Assembly (NCBI GenBank): GCA_965645245.1
Contig: OZ287068.1
Location: 1,240,001-1,304,000 of the forward strand
Source: Massalongia carnosa
Taxonomy: Eukaryota
Reading direction: 5' to 3'
Length of the DNA stretch: 64,000 nucleotides
Shown: piece by piece, positions 1 through 12,869 of the stretch
How positions within the stretch are numbered: position 1 is the first letter of the stretch
Layout: every line of letters starts with the position of its first letter
Made by a program: the position numbers and the translations under genes
Notes under the pieces: generated by a model
What the model was told of the DNA's origin: nothing
What the model saw: only the letters and a program-made list of their open reading frames with translations
The model's database searches: none

Positions 1-1606
1 CCATTACTTTTCCAAGCGTGTTTAGGAGTGCTATGGGTCGATAGGCGTTCGGGGCCGAATAGTCATCCTTGCCTGTTTTCTTGAGTGTGATTGTGTTGGC
101 GGTTTTGAATGCACGAGGATGATATGCTTGTTCTACACATGCTTGAAACAGTGGGGTGAGTAATTCGACTAGCTTTTCCGAGCATGCCTTTACAATTCTG
201 TTGGCTATTCCGTCCGGACCCGGGGCCGTATCGGGCTTGAGTCGGCGTATGGCTTCCATCACCTCTAGTTTGGTTATGATCATTGGACATTGTGGCGAGC
301 TGGGGTAAAATGAACCCTCTATGTCGCTGAGGTCGGCCGGAGGGGCGGGTGGAAAGAATTTCTGTTTTAGCATGTCCGATTTCTCCTCGAACGTCTCTGC
401 TACTTGGTCGTCTCGAACGAGATTGGGCATTTTGGGAATTTCTCTTGTCTGGTCACTTTTGTCTTTCGCCCATTTGGCTAGTCGCCAGAGACCAGTAGGC
501 GATTCGGTGGCTTTTTCTATTTCCTTGCGGAACGACAGTCTTTTAGCCTTTTGAATGATTTTTTGTTTTCTGTGATTGGATTTTGTGTATGTTATCCAAT
601 CAGAAATGTCTCTGGAATTGGACCAGACACGTCTGAGCCTACGAGTTTCTTTCGTGATCACACTGCATTCATCATTCCAAAAGGGTTTGGCGTACTTACT
701 GGGTCTAGCCCAAGGTACAGAGGTTTCTATCACTTCTTGAAGAAACTTTTGAATTGACACGGTGTAAGCATCGATTTCGGCGGGGGATCGGGGGGTCTTC
801 GGGGGGGGCGCCCTCTTTTCCGCTTCTCTCAGGTTTCTCATCTTCGTCAGTTTCCAGGCCCTGCGTTCTCTGATTGTTTGAACCTCACTGTTCAGCGCAA
901 TTCGGGTGGAGATCGGAATGTGATCGGACGACTGATTGAGTTCCGGTCTTGACATGCAATTTTCTAGTCTATCCATTAATTCTTCTGACATGAATACAAG
1001 ATCGATTGTGCTAGACGATTGTCTAGCCTCCCATGTAATGGTGCCTTTTGGAAGTGTTAGTGATAGATTTGCCTCTTCAATTATGTTCAGTAATTGTTCC
1101 GACTCCGCATGTTGAGTAGGCCTCGACGAATGATTCCACAATGGATGATGTAGGTTGAAGTCGCCCAGTAAAATGTGTTTTGTCTCTGCAATTAATTGGC
1201 GTTTCACTGTTGCTAGCGTGGACGGACTGTCTATAGAAGAATAGGAAATGGGAGAGGGATTATACACATTGTGGACGTGGATCACGTCTGATGTGTTTCC
1301 AATTTTCATTCGAATTTTTAGGGTGCACATGTCGGCCGACGGATACTCTACTTCCCAGCTATCAGGGTCAATAGTATCATTTATGTAGAAACACACTCTG
1401 GTGTCTCCATTTGGGCGATATAATAAATGAAACCCACTTTGATGAGAGCTTAACGTGGTAGGAATAGATGGATTGCGCCAGGGTTCCTGAATTGCGATAA
1501 TGTCATAGTCTTGAGTGTTCGGATCGGCTAAGAGGGGTAACATTGTACTCACTCTGTCATTTCTGACATTGTACTGCAATATGGAGAGAGATTTCGTGTC
1601 CCTCAT
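1..1606 (-). CDS. LINE ORF2 (APE endonuclease plus reverse transcriptase N-terminus), open off the window edge
   Basis: ATG at 1606 gives MRDTKSLSILQYNVRN...DIIAIQEPW (APE motifs). The same frame reads YRPIALLNTLGKV (early RT motif) at positions 43-5. Spot checks found no stop. It is absent from the ORF track, consistent with no stop in the window. Confidence 0.9.
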   Translation of the reverse strand, partial: MRDTKSLSILQYNVRNDRVSTMLPLLADPNTQDYDIIAIQEPWRNPSIPTTLSSHQSGFHLLYRPNGDTRVCFYINDTIDPDSWEVEYPSADMCTLKIRMKIGNTSDVIHVHNVYNPSPISYSSIDSPSTLATVKRQLIAETKHILLGDFNLHHPLWNHSSRPTQHAESEQLLNIIEEANLSLTLPKGTITWEARQSSSTIDLVFMSEELMDRLENCMSRPELNQSSDHIPISTRIALNSEVQTIRERRAWKLTKMRNLREAEKRAPPPKTPRSPAEIDAYTVSIQKFLQEVIETSVPWARPSKYAKPFWNDECSVITKETRRLRRVWSNSRDISDWITYTKSNHRKQKIIQKAKRLSFRKEIEKATESPTGLWRLAKWAKDKSDQTREIPKMPNLVRDDQVAETFEEKSDMLKQKFFPPAPPADLSDIEGSFYPSSPQCPMIITKLEVMEAIRRLKPDTAPGPDGIANRIVKACSEKLVELLTPLFQACVEQAYHPRAFKTANTITLKKTGKDDYSAPNAYRPIALLNTLGKVM

Positions 1607-3127
1607 AGGACGTCCATTGATTCGGCCTGGGAGGTCGAGGGGTCGTTGGTGGTGTTGTTTGCTCTGATTATCGCCGGGGCAGTAGATACAGCTCGGGGTC
1701 TGAGTGGGGGTCTACCTACAACTGGTTTTGCAAGGGCCTTTGTCATGTTTTCTGGATTCATGATGCCCGTGTCAGCCCAGGATGTTCCCGTTCATGGGGG
1801 ATTCGCGGGGCTATCGGAGGGGGGTATGGTTTTCCTCTTTTTGCTGTTTGTGCTGCCAAGGACCGGGTTGATGTTTTCGCTCTGGAACCTGAACGGGGCC
1901 GGTACGGGGGCGACTACTGGGTAGAATGGGACCCGTTTTTGCATGGCCCTCTCTGCTTTGCGTTTTTCGACTTTCCTGATTTCGCAGGATGTTGACCAGG
2001 CTTCGTGTCCCTTTTCACTGCATGCAGCACATCTTCGATATCTACCTGTTGTTTCCATGTTGCATTCGGTGCTAGGGTGAGCCCCAGCACAGTGACCGCA
2101 GGCGGTGGGGTTGGGACATGATCGACCTATATGACCATATTTGTGACAATTAAAACATTGCGTCATGGTGCATCCCTTTGTGAATCTTTCACAGTCTTTG
2201 ATTTCATAGTCGATTATGAGACCCTCGGCTATGACCCGATTGGCCGTTTCGGCGGTGGCGACTTCCATATGTAGCGTGGAGAACGCCTTCTTTTCCCTTA
2301 TAGCCCTGGTGGACCAGGCTATTTTCTTTATCTGCAGGTCCGGGTGCAGGCGTGCGTTAGCAGTCTGCAGGTACCCTATGGCCTGCGATTGGTTGGCGGT
2401 TTTGATGTGTTCCATCTTGACACCATTTACTCTGACCGAGTATGTCCGTGTCTTAATCGCCGCTGAGTCGGCTATTTTTCGGGTCCATTCCGACTTTTCT
2501 TGTAGAGTCTTTTTGACTTCTAGTGATTCCGTGTGAATTTTGAGGTCTCCGCTTATGAGTCGCGAAACTCCCCGAATCCCCTCCGTTTCTGCTTGTAGTG
2601 TCTCCACGAGATCTTTTGTGGGCATGTTCTTTATTTTTTCCTTGTCGCTTGCGCTGGAAATGACTACGGTCATTGCTCTGGCCTGACGAACTTCTTGTGG
2701 TGAGGGTTCGGTTTGTTTTGAAGAAGTGATTGGCTTGGTGCGGCGGGGAATCGGGGGGGCCTCGGAGGCTTGACCTCTGGTGGCGGCTGCGGAATAGCTG
2801 TTTGTGGTTGTCGTGGCTGTCTTAGCACTTTCGATACGGGCTAGACTTCTTTGTATTTCAGTCAGGGGAGAACCTTTCCGGAAGACGTTGCTTGAGACGC
2901 CTGGGAAAACGAAGAAGGGTGTCGTGAATGGGCTTCGGTATGTTTTCGTTGTTGTTGTCGATGCTTCTCTGATTATCGAGAAAATTTTTCACCTCCTCTA
3001 GAATCCCTGTTCCCTCCGGTTCCCCTCCGTCTCCTATACCTATCAGATAGTCATCTATCTTGTACAGCAGTTGATCTCTCTGCTCCGCGTGCGCGATCAC
3101 GAACGTGTTTTCGAGTTGAATGTTCAT
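1603..3127 (-). pseudogene. LINE ORF1 gag-like zinc-knuckle protein, disrupted
   Basis: Knuckles CFNCHKYGHIGRSC, CGHCAGAHPSTEC and CAACSEKGHEAWSTSC. A frameshift lies between ~2990 and 2860 and an in-frame TGA at 1794-1792. The frame then continues to a TGA (1605-1603) overlapping the ORF2 ATG. Confidence 0.8.
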
Positions 3128-3758
3128 CGCGTCCTCGATCACGATAGAGTTTTCACTATGCAAATTGGATATGATATGATAATATAATGAGAACAATTAC
3201 TAAACTGGCCACTACGTTTCTCGTGTGTCTCGTGCGTGAACTGTATGTGTTTATAAAAAGAATTGAATGATCAATGCAATTAAATCGTAAACTTATCGCA
3301 TTCAGGTATAATGTTTCATTCAGAAGAAATACAGGAAATCTCTGTCAGCAAGCAATGCTTTCTGCTATATCTTCCTCTTGTCATACTGTTCAATATGTTA
3401 ACTTAACAATAGTATTACCACATGAATAGGCCTTTGTCTGCTCCGTGACATGAAATCTAGGTCTTCACCGACGAGATATGCGAACAGGATCGTAGAACAA
3501 TTGAAATAATCATAGGTAAAGCAAGCGCTAGACTTGGCGACCACTTACAAGCAGAGGAAATCTAGACAAAACCTATAAATTTCGTCAGCAGCAAAATCGA
3601 ACCTACGGCTTAAGAAATCATCTTACGCCTGGAGCGCAACGTAGGATGTCTAGGGCAAGGCAACCAAACGCATACAATAATCATACCTTGACCTTCAAAG
3701 TCATAGTAATGCAATGATGAAGACCCAAGCATGGTCGAACAGAAAGAGCCAACGCGCT

Positions 3759-5076
3759 CTATCCTGTGGTCCTGGAAACCCCATCTGCTTGCAGGCTTTG
3801 CGTAGACTGTATCAACACCTTATCGGGTATCTGTAGCTCCGGATATGACTCCATAATTAGCACGTCCTTTGTCACGGTGATTCCTTGCCCTTTTTCGAGC
3901 GCGTCTTCGCTCGTGCCACCACAAGTAGCTGAAGTCGTCATATACATACGATGATCAAGTTGGAGTTTTGTCATGTCTCCCGGCTCAAAGGCTGGAACCG
4001 ATGCCCGTATTCGAGATGGTCGGGCTGCGTACAACACGCCTTGAGATGGCTCAGCCAAACAAGGTAGACCGACTTTGACCAAGGGTTTCAGGGGAACGAG
4101 AGATGCGCAGATCAGGCCTGAGCAGATTTCGACAATTGCCCAGTCTTGGGCAGGCACCACAAACCAAGTGGGATCCGAGCGAAATTTAGATGCTGCAATC
4201 CGGTTATTGGACCATAAGATAAGTCTTCCAATCAAGGATGCACAGGGTCTACTATAGGGTCAGTCATCATACAGTAAGTGCAATACTGGAAGTTCAACTT
4301 GCATGGCTCCAATGGAAAATATGCCTAGGACTAGGATTCTTCGTCTCAAGGGCATGTGTAGCCACCAAATCGTGGGCATTGGCAAGAGTAGTATCATCAC
4401 ATTTGTCAATAGGTTGAAAATGACCACAACTTCGAACAACCGCCCTTGATCGAGACATGCACCAGGCAATGCGCCAATCCAGTTCTTGGCAATTGGTTTG
4501 CATTGAAATATTGTTACCGCCGATGCAACCAGACCTCCCACCACAGCCAAGACCATGTGGCCCACTACAAAGGTGCGGAACGACCTAGATGGAAAGAGGC
4601 GCAGATATAGGAAAAGGATGGAAAGTTTGATCGCGGTCACCGCCAGCGGGTAGAGGACTTGAACGGCATAGGATATCTGTGGCACGTATCGGCGATAGCC
4701 ATGCTAGAAAGTCGAAAAACTCACCATCAAGGTAAACGCCAGATGCACCGAGGGCTTGATGTCCCAAAGATGCATGGCTGCCCCGTGTGTTATACATGAC
4801 AGCGTCAACACTGCTTGCATCAACCCTAACACCTGAAACACGAAGTCAGCCACACGTTACTGTGATGGATTGTCCATTCACCATGGCAAGAATGATCATA
4901 TAATCGTCCCAGCCCGGGTTCTTGACCACTAGGTATCGACTTATCAAACGCAGGGCCACCACCAGTGAGGCTAAAGCAATCATCGTTATATGGATCGTGA
5001 GTAATTCTGCCGTTCTCGTTGATGGATCGACGTAATTCGGCACATGATTTAGGCTGTTTACTTCGGATATGCTCAT
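3759..5076 (-). CDS. PTH11-like (fungal rhodopsin-domain) multi-TM integral membrane protein, multi-exon
   Basis: Family motifs VALRLISR..PGWDDY, AIKLSILFLYLRLF, FQCKPI..W, ILLLPMPTIWWLHM and WAIVEICSGLICASL, spread over ORF pieces joined by GT-AG introns. Confidence 0.88.
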
Positions 5077-5630
5077 TACTGCAGCAGAAAGAGAGAGAGA
5101 ACCAGAACAGTAATAGCGGCGCTTTGTAGCAAGATTTGCCTACTTGACGTGACTGTTATTGAGATCACGGAGGAAAAGTAAAGAGAACTCGGGTTTGTAC
5201 TTTGAGAGCAGTATAGCTTCGAAGTAAGGTTGGAGGGAAAGATGGGTTGGGAAATGCAACGAAGGAGCCGAAGTAAAAGGAAAACAGAAAATCTTCAGAA
5301 ATCTAGAGGCCGTAATAATTGTTGACCCGTTGACCCGTTAGCCATGTGTAAGACAGAAGCTGCATTATGGACGAGTGTTTGGTGCAGCAGCATTCGTGGG
5401 ATGATGAGTCGTGCTTGCAAAATGTAGGCTTGCTTTTGCTTTTCTGTTGGATATTTGTAGAGGATGGTTCAGGTCACCAGATATCCACATTTCCTAAATG
5501 CTGTAGATTCATCTCAACACCCGCTTAACATGGACAGTCGATTAACAGGATCATTCAAATTAAACCGCCATTCTATTTCTAAAGTTGACTTATCACCAAA
5601 AACACTGCATCTTAGAGTACGCTAAACGAC

Positions 5631-6047
5631 ATGGCCAGTGTGTCCTCCCTGAAGCTGAACGGCAGTGATCATCGCAACAAGAGATCAACTCCTATACGTC
5701 CCAAAACTGCAGAGGTCATATTATCAGTCATCAACAAGAAACAGAGTCTATGGGCTTCCGTCAAGATGAAGGTCATAAAGCAGCGATCCATGCCAGAATT
5801 GTGGCGCCGGTGGACGCCTCGGTGGCCGTCAGAGGGACAGGACTCATCGTCCCGGAAATCCAAGTGGCCCAAAGATCTCGAGGAGAGTCTCTTTTGTGAG
5901 TCGCTCCTGGGCCTCATGCAAAGATGTGGACGGTTTGACTATATGACATTCGATGATGATGTGCAGGAAGAGAAGGAAGGTGAGAACGGCACAAGAAGGC
6001 TCCTTATGCAGTTAAGAGCCAATCATCCGGCCTTGAGCTTGGCTTAG
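5631..6047 (+). CDS. hypothetical ORF or gene fragment (138 aa)
   Basis: ATG-started ORF with protein-like composition but no recognised domain. Confidence 0.25.
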   Translation: MASVSSLKLNGSDHRNKRSTPIRPKTAEVILSVINKKQSLWASVKMKVIKQRSMPELWRRWTPRWPSEGQDSSSRKSKWPKDLEESLFCESLLGLMQRCGRFDYMTFDDDVQEEKEGENGTRRLLMQLRANHPALSLA

Positions 6048-6057
6048 TCATTCGTCG

Positions 6058-6090
<33 letters not shown>
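6058..6090. repeat. (AGGCTC)5 hexamer tandem repeat upstream of the complex I gene
   Basis: aggctcaggctcaggctcaggctcaggctcagg read directly. Confidence 0.9.
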
Positions 6091-6201
6091 TCACATGATC
6101 GTTCATGAACTCATTCAATATTTGCCCCACGATACGTTGGTGCCACAAATCTACAAGAACTAATTCTTCGTCTTCTTTTTCCATCTCATTCTTGTTTCGG
6201 C

Positions 6202-7063
6202 ATGTTATCGACTATAAGATCAATCGCTGCATTGGCAACTCGAGGTACGTTCTGACATCAGCATAATCCTACTCCTCAACCGGCTACTGACAAGAGCGCC
6301 CTAGCCAAACCATCAACCGCTCTCCTTCCCTTACGAGCGGGCCCATCAGCTTTCATATCCTCTTCATCCACTAGATCTGCCACTGAAATACAACGATCGC
6401 GCGATGTCGAAGGGCCTCCCCTCAGCATTACCGGAAAGCCACGACGAGAAGTGCCATTACCCAGCCAAGAGAAGAAAGAAGGCGCCATGCAATACGCATT
6501 GTATGTTCATACAATTCACCCGTATCCAGTCTCTTAATCACAAATCCCCCTCCTCTCGACCCTCAAACCGCCCCATTCCCCCAAGCCCCTATCGCTAACC
6601 TATTCCTCCCAGAACAACCCTTGACCAAGTCGCTAACTGGGCCCGGCAAGGCTCCCTCTGGCCCATGACCTTCGGCCTCGCCTGCTGCGCCGTCGAAATG
6701 ATGCACCTCTCCACCCCGCGTTACGACCAGGATCGCCTAGGGATAATCTTCCGCGCCTCCCCCCGCCAATCCGACGTCATGATCGTAGCCGGCACCCTCA
6801 CCAACAAAATGGCCCCCGCCCTGCGCCAGGTCTATGACCAGATGCCTGACCCGCGCTGGGTCATCAGCATGGGCTCGTGCGCGAACGGGGGCGGCTACTA
6901 CCATTACAGTTACAGCGTGACCCGGGGCTGCGACCGCATCGTTCCCGTCGATATCTATGTGCCTGGATGCCCGCCCACGAGCGAGGCGCTGATGTACGGG
7001 ATCTTCCAGCTGCAGAAGAAGATGCGGCATACGAAGATTACGCGCATGTGGTATCGGAAGTAG
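6202..7063 (+). CDS. NDUFS7: NADH:ubiquinone oxidoreductase PSST/20 kDa subunit (NDUFS7/NuoB homolog), 2 introns
   Basis: [38 protein letters not shown] and YVPGCPPT motifs. Presequence-like [14 protein letters not shown] from ATG 6202, with introns at ~6245-6304 and ~6501-6612. Confidence 0.95.
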
Positions 7064-7716
7064 GGAAGCGGCGTTTTTGGGACGAGGCGGGCGGAATTGG
7101 CAAGGCGGGGTTTGGGGGTTTTTGGGGGGTGTTTTCTTTCTTTTTTTGTCGTACAACTATCCACGAAACATTCAGAACCTTACACAAACACTCAACCACG
7201 CATGGAAACCCTTGCCTTCCTTCCCCCCCCCTCCAGGGACCCCGGCAAGAGCACCGTTTACTTATTAATACAAGCTTTTGTTGCTTTTCGTTGGCTCCCC
7301 CTCCCACGTCCCTGTCCCTCTCCAGCATAGGCCGGATCGCCTGAAATGTGCAGGTGCCACTCTCCCGCCTACCATACCAAACAGGCAAGTTTCAGGTACG
7401 GTGATGGGTCGGAGTCTATCCGGGGGAGAGGGTTGGTCGTGAGCTGTTACGGTGGTGGTGGTGGGTTCCGAATAGAAGTTAATAGTTTCGACAGGTGCAA
7501 ACCATGTATCTAGATGAAGCTAGAAGGGGGGGGAACGACGAATTCACTCGTCCCGGGGGGGGGGGAGCGGGGGGGGGTTGAAGATCGTGAAGCTATATCA
7601 GAGCAGAGTCGGACGGATTAGAGAGATTCTCTACTCCGTACATGTTGTATTTATTTAATTATGACTAATATAAAGGAAAACTAAAACCTACCTTTTTATC
7701 AGCCAAACCTCCTTCC

Positions 7717-9035
7717 CTACCGTGCTGCTGACCCATCCGGTTCCGTCTCTTCCAACCCCCTTAACACGGTTTCCACCTCCCTCGGCTCCGTAACCCCCCA
7801 CACACCCCCACCTCTCACCACGTCCCTTCCCCTCATCCCTACCTCCTTGCCCACCAGATTCCTGCCCACTTTCCCAGGCCCCACGCCGATCCACCTACGC
7901 ACGCCCATCTCCTGGTCGACGTAGCGGATGCTGTCCCACCAGCGCACCGTCTCGACGCACTGCCGCGCGAGCAGATCCTTTAGGTCGGCCGCTGACTCGA
8001 ACGGGCGCGCGGAGATGTTGGATATGCAAGGGAAGCGGGCGGGGAAGACAAGATCGGTTTCGTCGAGCATGGCGCGAACAGCGGCTTTGGCGGGCGCCAT
8101 CATGGGCGAGTGGAAGGGGCTGTCGCAGCTCAGGCGCACGGCGCGTGGGTCGTGGCCGCCGAACTGCCGCAGCTGTACCAGCAGCGCGTGGATGCGTTCC
8201 ATGTCGCCGCTCAGCACGACCTGGTTCTTCGAGTTGATGTTGGCGAGTGAGACACGCTGAATGGGTGGTGCTTGGGCGGCGGAGTCAGCCTTGGACCCGG
8301 GGGAGGCGTGGCCGAGGAAGTCATGGATGGTGGCGATGAGTGCGGCGAGGCGGTCCGGCTCGCAAACCAGCGCCATCATGCCGTATTCGGCGCCTCCTTC
8401 ATCGCGGGAGGCGTCGCGGCTGCATCGAGCCATGACTTCGGCTCGACGGCGCATCATACGGAGGGCATCGGGGTACCGCAGGTGGCCCGAACTGGCCAGA
8501 GCGGCGAACTCGCCGAGAGAGTGGCCAAGAGCGACGTCGATGCGGTCAGCGGTTTGGAAGCCAAATTCTTGCTCTAGCACACGTAGGATCATGATACTCG
8601 CGGCCATGATGGCTGGTTGGGCGTTTTCGGTCGCGGTAAGAGCGGCGTTAGGACCCTCTGCGATGGTGCGGGAAAGGGGAATGCCGAGGAGGTCGTCCGT
8701 TTCTTGGAGGAACGGGATACAGGTACGGGGGAAGGCTTCGAGCCAAGGGGTTGCCATACCAATACGTTGAACGCCTTGTCCTGGGAAGGATTAGTATGGA
8801 GGAATTGCTTGGAGGGGTTCGGGGAGGTAGGGTTACCGGGGAAGAAGAGGGCAGTTCGTAGCCGCTTGGGAGGAGCGGTAGATGCCCATTTTGAATAGTT
8901 TGGTCGAGTGAACGTAAAGGTAGAGTTCGCATCTAAAGAACAGTTGCTGCGCAAAGGTACATGAAAAGCTGTGGAAGTAAGAGTTTGGCCGGAAAAGGTC
9001 CCCGATCTAGGAAAAGAATTAGGGAGCCGCTTCAT
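7717..9035 (-). CDS. MCT1: mitochondrial malonyl-CoA:ACP transacylase, 1 intron
   Basis: LFFPG|QG joined across an intron, AQPAI, catalytic GHSLG and PFHS motifs. Presequence-like N-terminus from ATG 9035. Confidence 0.93.
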
Positions 9036-9471
9036 TGTGAGGACTCGTGTCACCAAGGCCCGTTGGCAAGTGTGATCGACGAATGCTGTTCACCATGGTA
9101 TCGCTGGAAGAGGGATGGAAAGACTGCTTGAATGCTCGTTTTACTCATAATGCGTTTTTCTTGCGTTTTTCTTGCGTTTTCCTTTCCCGCTCAGCCTTTT
9201 GCCGAGAGCGTTGTAGCTTCTCCGCCAACTCCGCTCCGCCCAGCCGCGTATTCAGCGGAACCAGAGTGTTTACATCACATCGCCCTTGATCAATCGAGCG
9301 CAACAAGCCATTCCACGTTATACTCCGAAGGACTTATTTTCTACTTTGAAGACTACTCTTAACTATATATTCCTCTATATTACACAACATCCTCCTCCTC
9401 CCATCCACCATATTCGCGCAGGCGCTGCGAATCCAGCAGCTGAGCTTGAAGCTATACCATTGGTAATAACG

Positions 9472-11417
9472 TCATTCCTGGTAGGTAAACGCTGAACCTT
9501 GTTTCTGCAATGCCTGCCGCACTGCACGTGGCTCTACACTAACCACATGACCAGCACTATCAAGGTGAAAGACGAAATCATCAATAGCTTTAGACCCGTA
9601 TACGAGCCCGTCGATGCCAAACCAGTTCGTACAAGGGTTAGAAAGAAAATTGGGACCACCAGCGTGAGATTCCGCAGCATCGTCAGGAGGAAGTACTTGC
9701 AAGATCGCTCGAAAGGAGACTTCTTGTGCATTCTTCAATCCGGTAGGGTATAACCTTAAATCCGTGTCCCCCTGTGAATCGCTCCTGAAGCTTTTATAAG
9801 CCTGCAAGATATCCTTGCCATTATTCAACCATTGCTTGACGGAAAGGCCTGGCCCGTTGTCGACGGTAAGATTGACAACAGAATGCGATGATACACACTT
9901 ATACAATCCCGCATAGAGAGTAGCAGCCTGTTTTTTGCCAACTTGCTCGATTATGGGCAGGAACGCTTCCAAGACCATGGCCGCTAGCTCGTGCACTGGG
10001 CTTGCAGGTCCCGCCATGAGTACCACAAGGGCAATATCATAGTCTGGAACTAATACGAGGAGTGAGCTGTACAAGCCAAGCGCGCCGTTCTTGGTGTACA
10101 AATCGACCACTCGACGATCCTGCGTCAATGTGTTGACCCTTATGATTTCCCAAGGTGCGCCCACGGAAAACTCGAGCGATGCCGTGTGCGTGTCAGGCTT
10201 GAGCCACTTTCTAGTTTGTGCAGGTTGAAGGAGAGTGCTTTTCAAAACCGCACGTGCAAGATTCGAAAGGTCTCTTGTAGATGTGTATATCCCACCGGCG
10301 CTAGAAAGTAATTAGCTAATGACTCAGTATACACAGCGCCATGCATACGATGATTGACCACCAAGGTCGTTATCCCATTCGCTATCTCCGACTGGAATCA
10401 CCCCCCAGGAAGATTTCGTCGGACGTTTCACGCTGGTGCGAGTTAAGTTTAGGGGCTTGAAAATACTGTTTTGTAGTGCCACTTCATATGGCAAGCCGGT
10501 AATGTTTTCAAAAACGTATCCGAGGATTTGAAATCCGGCATTAGAGTACACCGGTGTTGTGAAAGGAGCATATACCGGATGTCGTGCCGTAAAGCCCTTG
10601 AAGAAATCTGCCTTGATGTTAGACAAATCGTATTTCGAAAGCTTATAAAATCGCCTACCTTGCCTAGAACATGCAGCCTGCGTGAAATCTTTTCCGCACG
10701 TTGGCACGTCCGCTTGATTTAATCTTGGAAATCCAAACTGTTCCACAAGCAAATCGAACGCAGCTAGATCGCCTGTGGTAACTGCAAGTAACACTGTAAG
10801 TGTCTGCCATTGGGAAAGAACTAATCCTGCACCATTGAAACTCCAAAATAGTACATACATGATCTTCCTATGCCTGCCAAATGTCCTGCTAGCGCCCCAA
10901 CGGTGATCTGTGACCACTGAGCCATCGCCACATCGTCCTGCTCGCTATTTGCGCTGCTCTTGTGTGCCATAGCGATGGCATCTAGTTCGGGGATATACTT
11001 CGTAATTGGATCATCAAAATGCACCTTATTTCCTTGCACGAGTAACCCAAACGTAGTCACCAGCTTGCTGATGCTGCCAATTCTATACACGGAATTCTCA
11101 TCCACTTTCTTTGTTGAGGAAGAGTTCATCGTAGATGCTGTAAAGTGATATTGGAAGATAGACTCGGGCTCATGGACTGAAAAGAGATTGACTGAGAATG
11201 AGGTGGTGTTTGCATCAAACCCGGTCGAATCGTTAGCTCCTGTGTCAAGAAGATGGGCTAGTGTTGCGGAAATATTTCTCGCAGCCCGACGGATGGACTC
11301 ATCAGTGGAAAGATTGTGGGGGACAGCATGGACTGGGCCAAGCGGAGGACAATAGTCTGTAGCGAGAGTGAAGCGGAGGACGGCAAGAGAGAATATGGCA
11401 AATAGCAATGAAGACAT
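9472..11417 (-). CDS. secreted beta-lactamase/D-peptidase-family serine hydrolase, multi-exon
   Basis: Signal peptide then CPPLGP; SxxK (GSISK), YSN and TKNG motifs in successive exons. Confidence 0.88.
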
Positions 11418-12869
11418 TTTATGCAAAAGACGTATGTTGTGTTAAGATGAAGATGTGGAGAAGCAGTGCTATGGGGATATTATATATACAAAAATCCATA
11501 CAAGCTCATGATTGAGCTTACCCATTCTCATGATGCAGCGAGCTTTCAAATGGAGGGACTCTTCCCGCAGTACAGAGCCTAGCTTTTCTAAGGTGGTGGT
11601 GACTGTTCACATTTTGATTAGCTGGCATGATGCATGTCTTCCCTGATCCACTTTGTGATGAAATATAGAAAAGTACGCAACCAGTTTTGAAATGAGCCAA
11701 TCGCAAAATTAAGCATAGAAGCGACACGGCACCCGAACAAGATTTCCTTGCATCCTCTTAATGCTACTAAACGAAGTTTTGTATATATGCTTGTTTGAAG
11801 CCGCGTCATCGCTCATTTCGCCGCGTAGGCCAAGCATCTGACAAGAGCTGTTCCGAGCATGGCGAATGTTTGTGGAAGAGATCCACTGTATTCGTTGGCA
11901 TCGAGCTTGAAGTGAGCAGAATACTTATATCTCAGGGTCCATGCTGCCAATTCTGGGTAGTCTGGAGTATAACTACTGCGCAATACACGGGCAGCAGTGA
12001 ACTTTCGACATTGCACAGTTTTTCAAAGAACGTCGTTCAAGTTCCACAATGCTTAGATAGATAGGTACGTACGTACGCATGTAGGTGGAAAAGAGTGACG
12101 ACATTAGCCTTAGCTTAGGAAGCGAACTTTTGACAGTGAAGATAGAATAACCTCCTGCTCTTCATTGTCAATAAAAAGCGATATGGGCATGGCTGCGGCT
12201 ATCAAAACAACTGCCTTGGCACGCTCGATTAGTTATTATCTAGCCGCCTTGGACGTAAACACTCAACTTAATTGAGCAGGTTATGATCACTCATGAGGAT
12301 CATAATCGCGTTTCAAATCATCCAAAAGTAGACGGCCCGCCAATCCTGAAGGTAGCGATGGAAAAGATATGTACACTTAAAAGGAAGAGAACAAAGAAAG
12401 AAAAAAATATCTCGTGGTGTTAAAACGGGTAAATCTAGCTCTTCAGCCGTCTCCGTCATAGCTATGATTTACTTAATTATGTGAGCACTTGATTGACCCA
12501 TCTTGTCTAATTGAAGAGCACAGGAGTTAAGTATCTCCAGGTAAGTTACATACATCCTAACCAGCTGGTTTTCGCAACTGACTCAATAGGTAGCAAACGC
12601 AATAACACTCGAGAATCCCGATGACACCCATCTCCTCTATAAGGTAGAATAGCATGCAGACTCCACGCTAAATGCACACAAAGAGGCCCACAGACACCAA
12701 AGGTCAGAGGAAGCCCTCTGCCAGCCAAAAAGCCTATATCAAGATATCCTACGCCAGCTTCTGCTCCAGAGCAAGGAAGCAACAAGAAGTAAAAAGCCCC
12801 ATGACAGCAGGCTGGAGGTAGATCTTCCAACACCATCAGTTCAGCACCAAGGTACTTGCTGCCCCGATT

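Larger units (their letters stand above)
1..3243 (-). mobile_element. Tad1-like non-LTR (LINE) retrotransposon, 3' part beyond the left window edge
   Basis: Gag-like ORF1 with CCHC knuckles followed by ORF2 with an APE endonuclease and the start of reverse transcriptase. The 5' end near 3243 is approximate, and the TSD cannot be checked because the other end is outside the window. Confidence 0.93.

Noticed and set aside
4822..4830. AACCCTAAC telomere-template-like 9-mer
   Set aside because: Lies antisense within the PTH11-like gene with no surrounding structure; a chance match.
6737..8898. Many overlapping antisense or alternative-frame ORFs over GC-rich genes (also at 35.9-37.5 kb and 57.7-60.6 kb)
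   Set aside because: Shadow ORFs caused by codon bias of the real genes; no domains.
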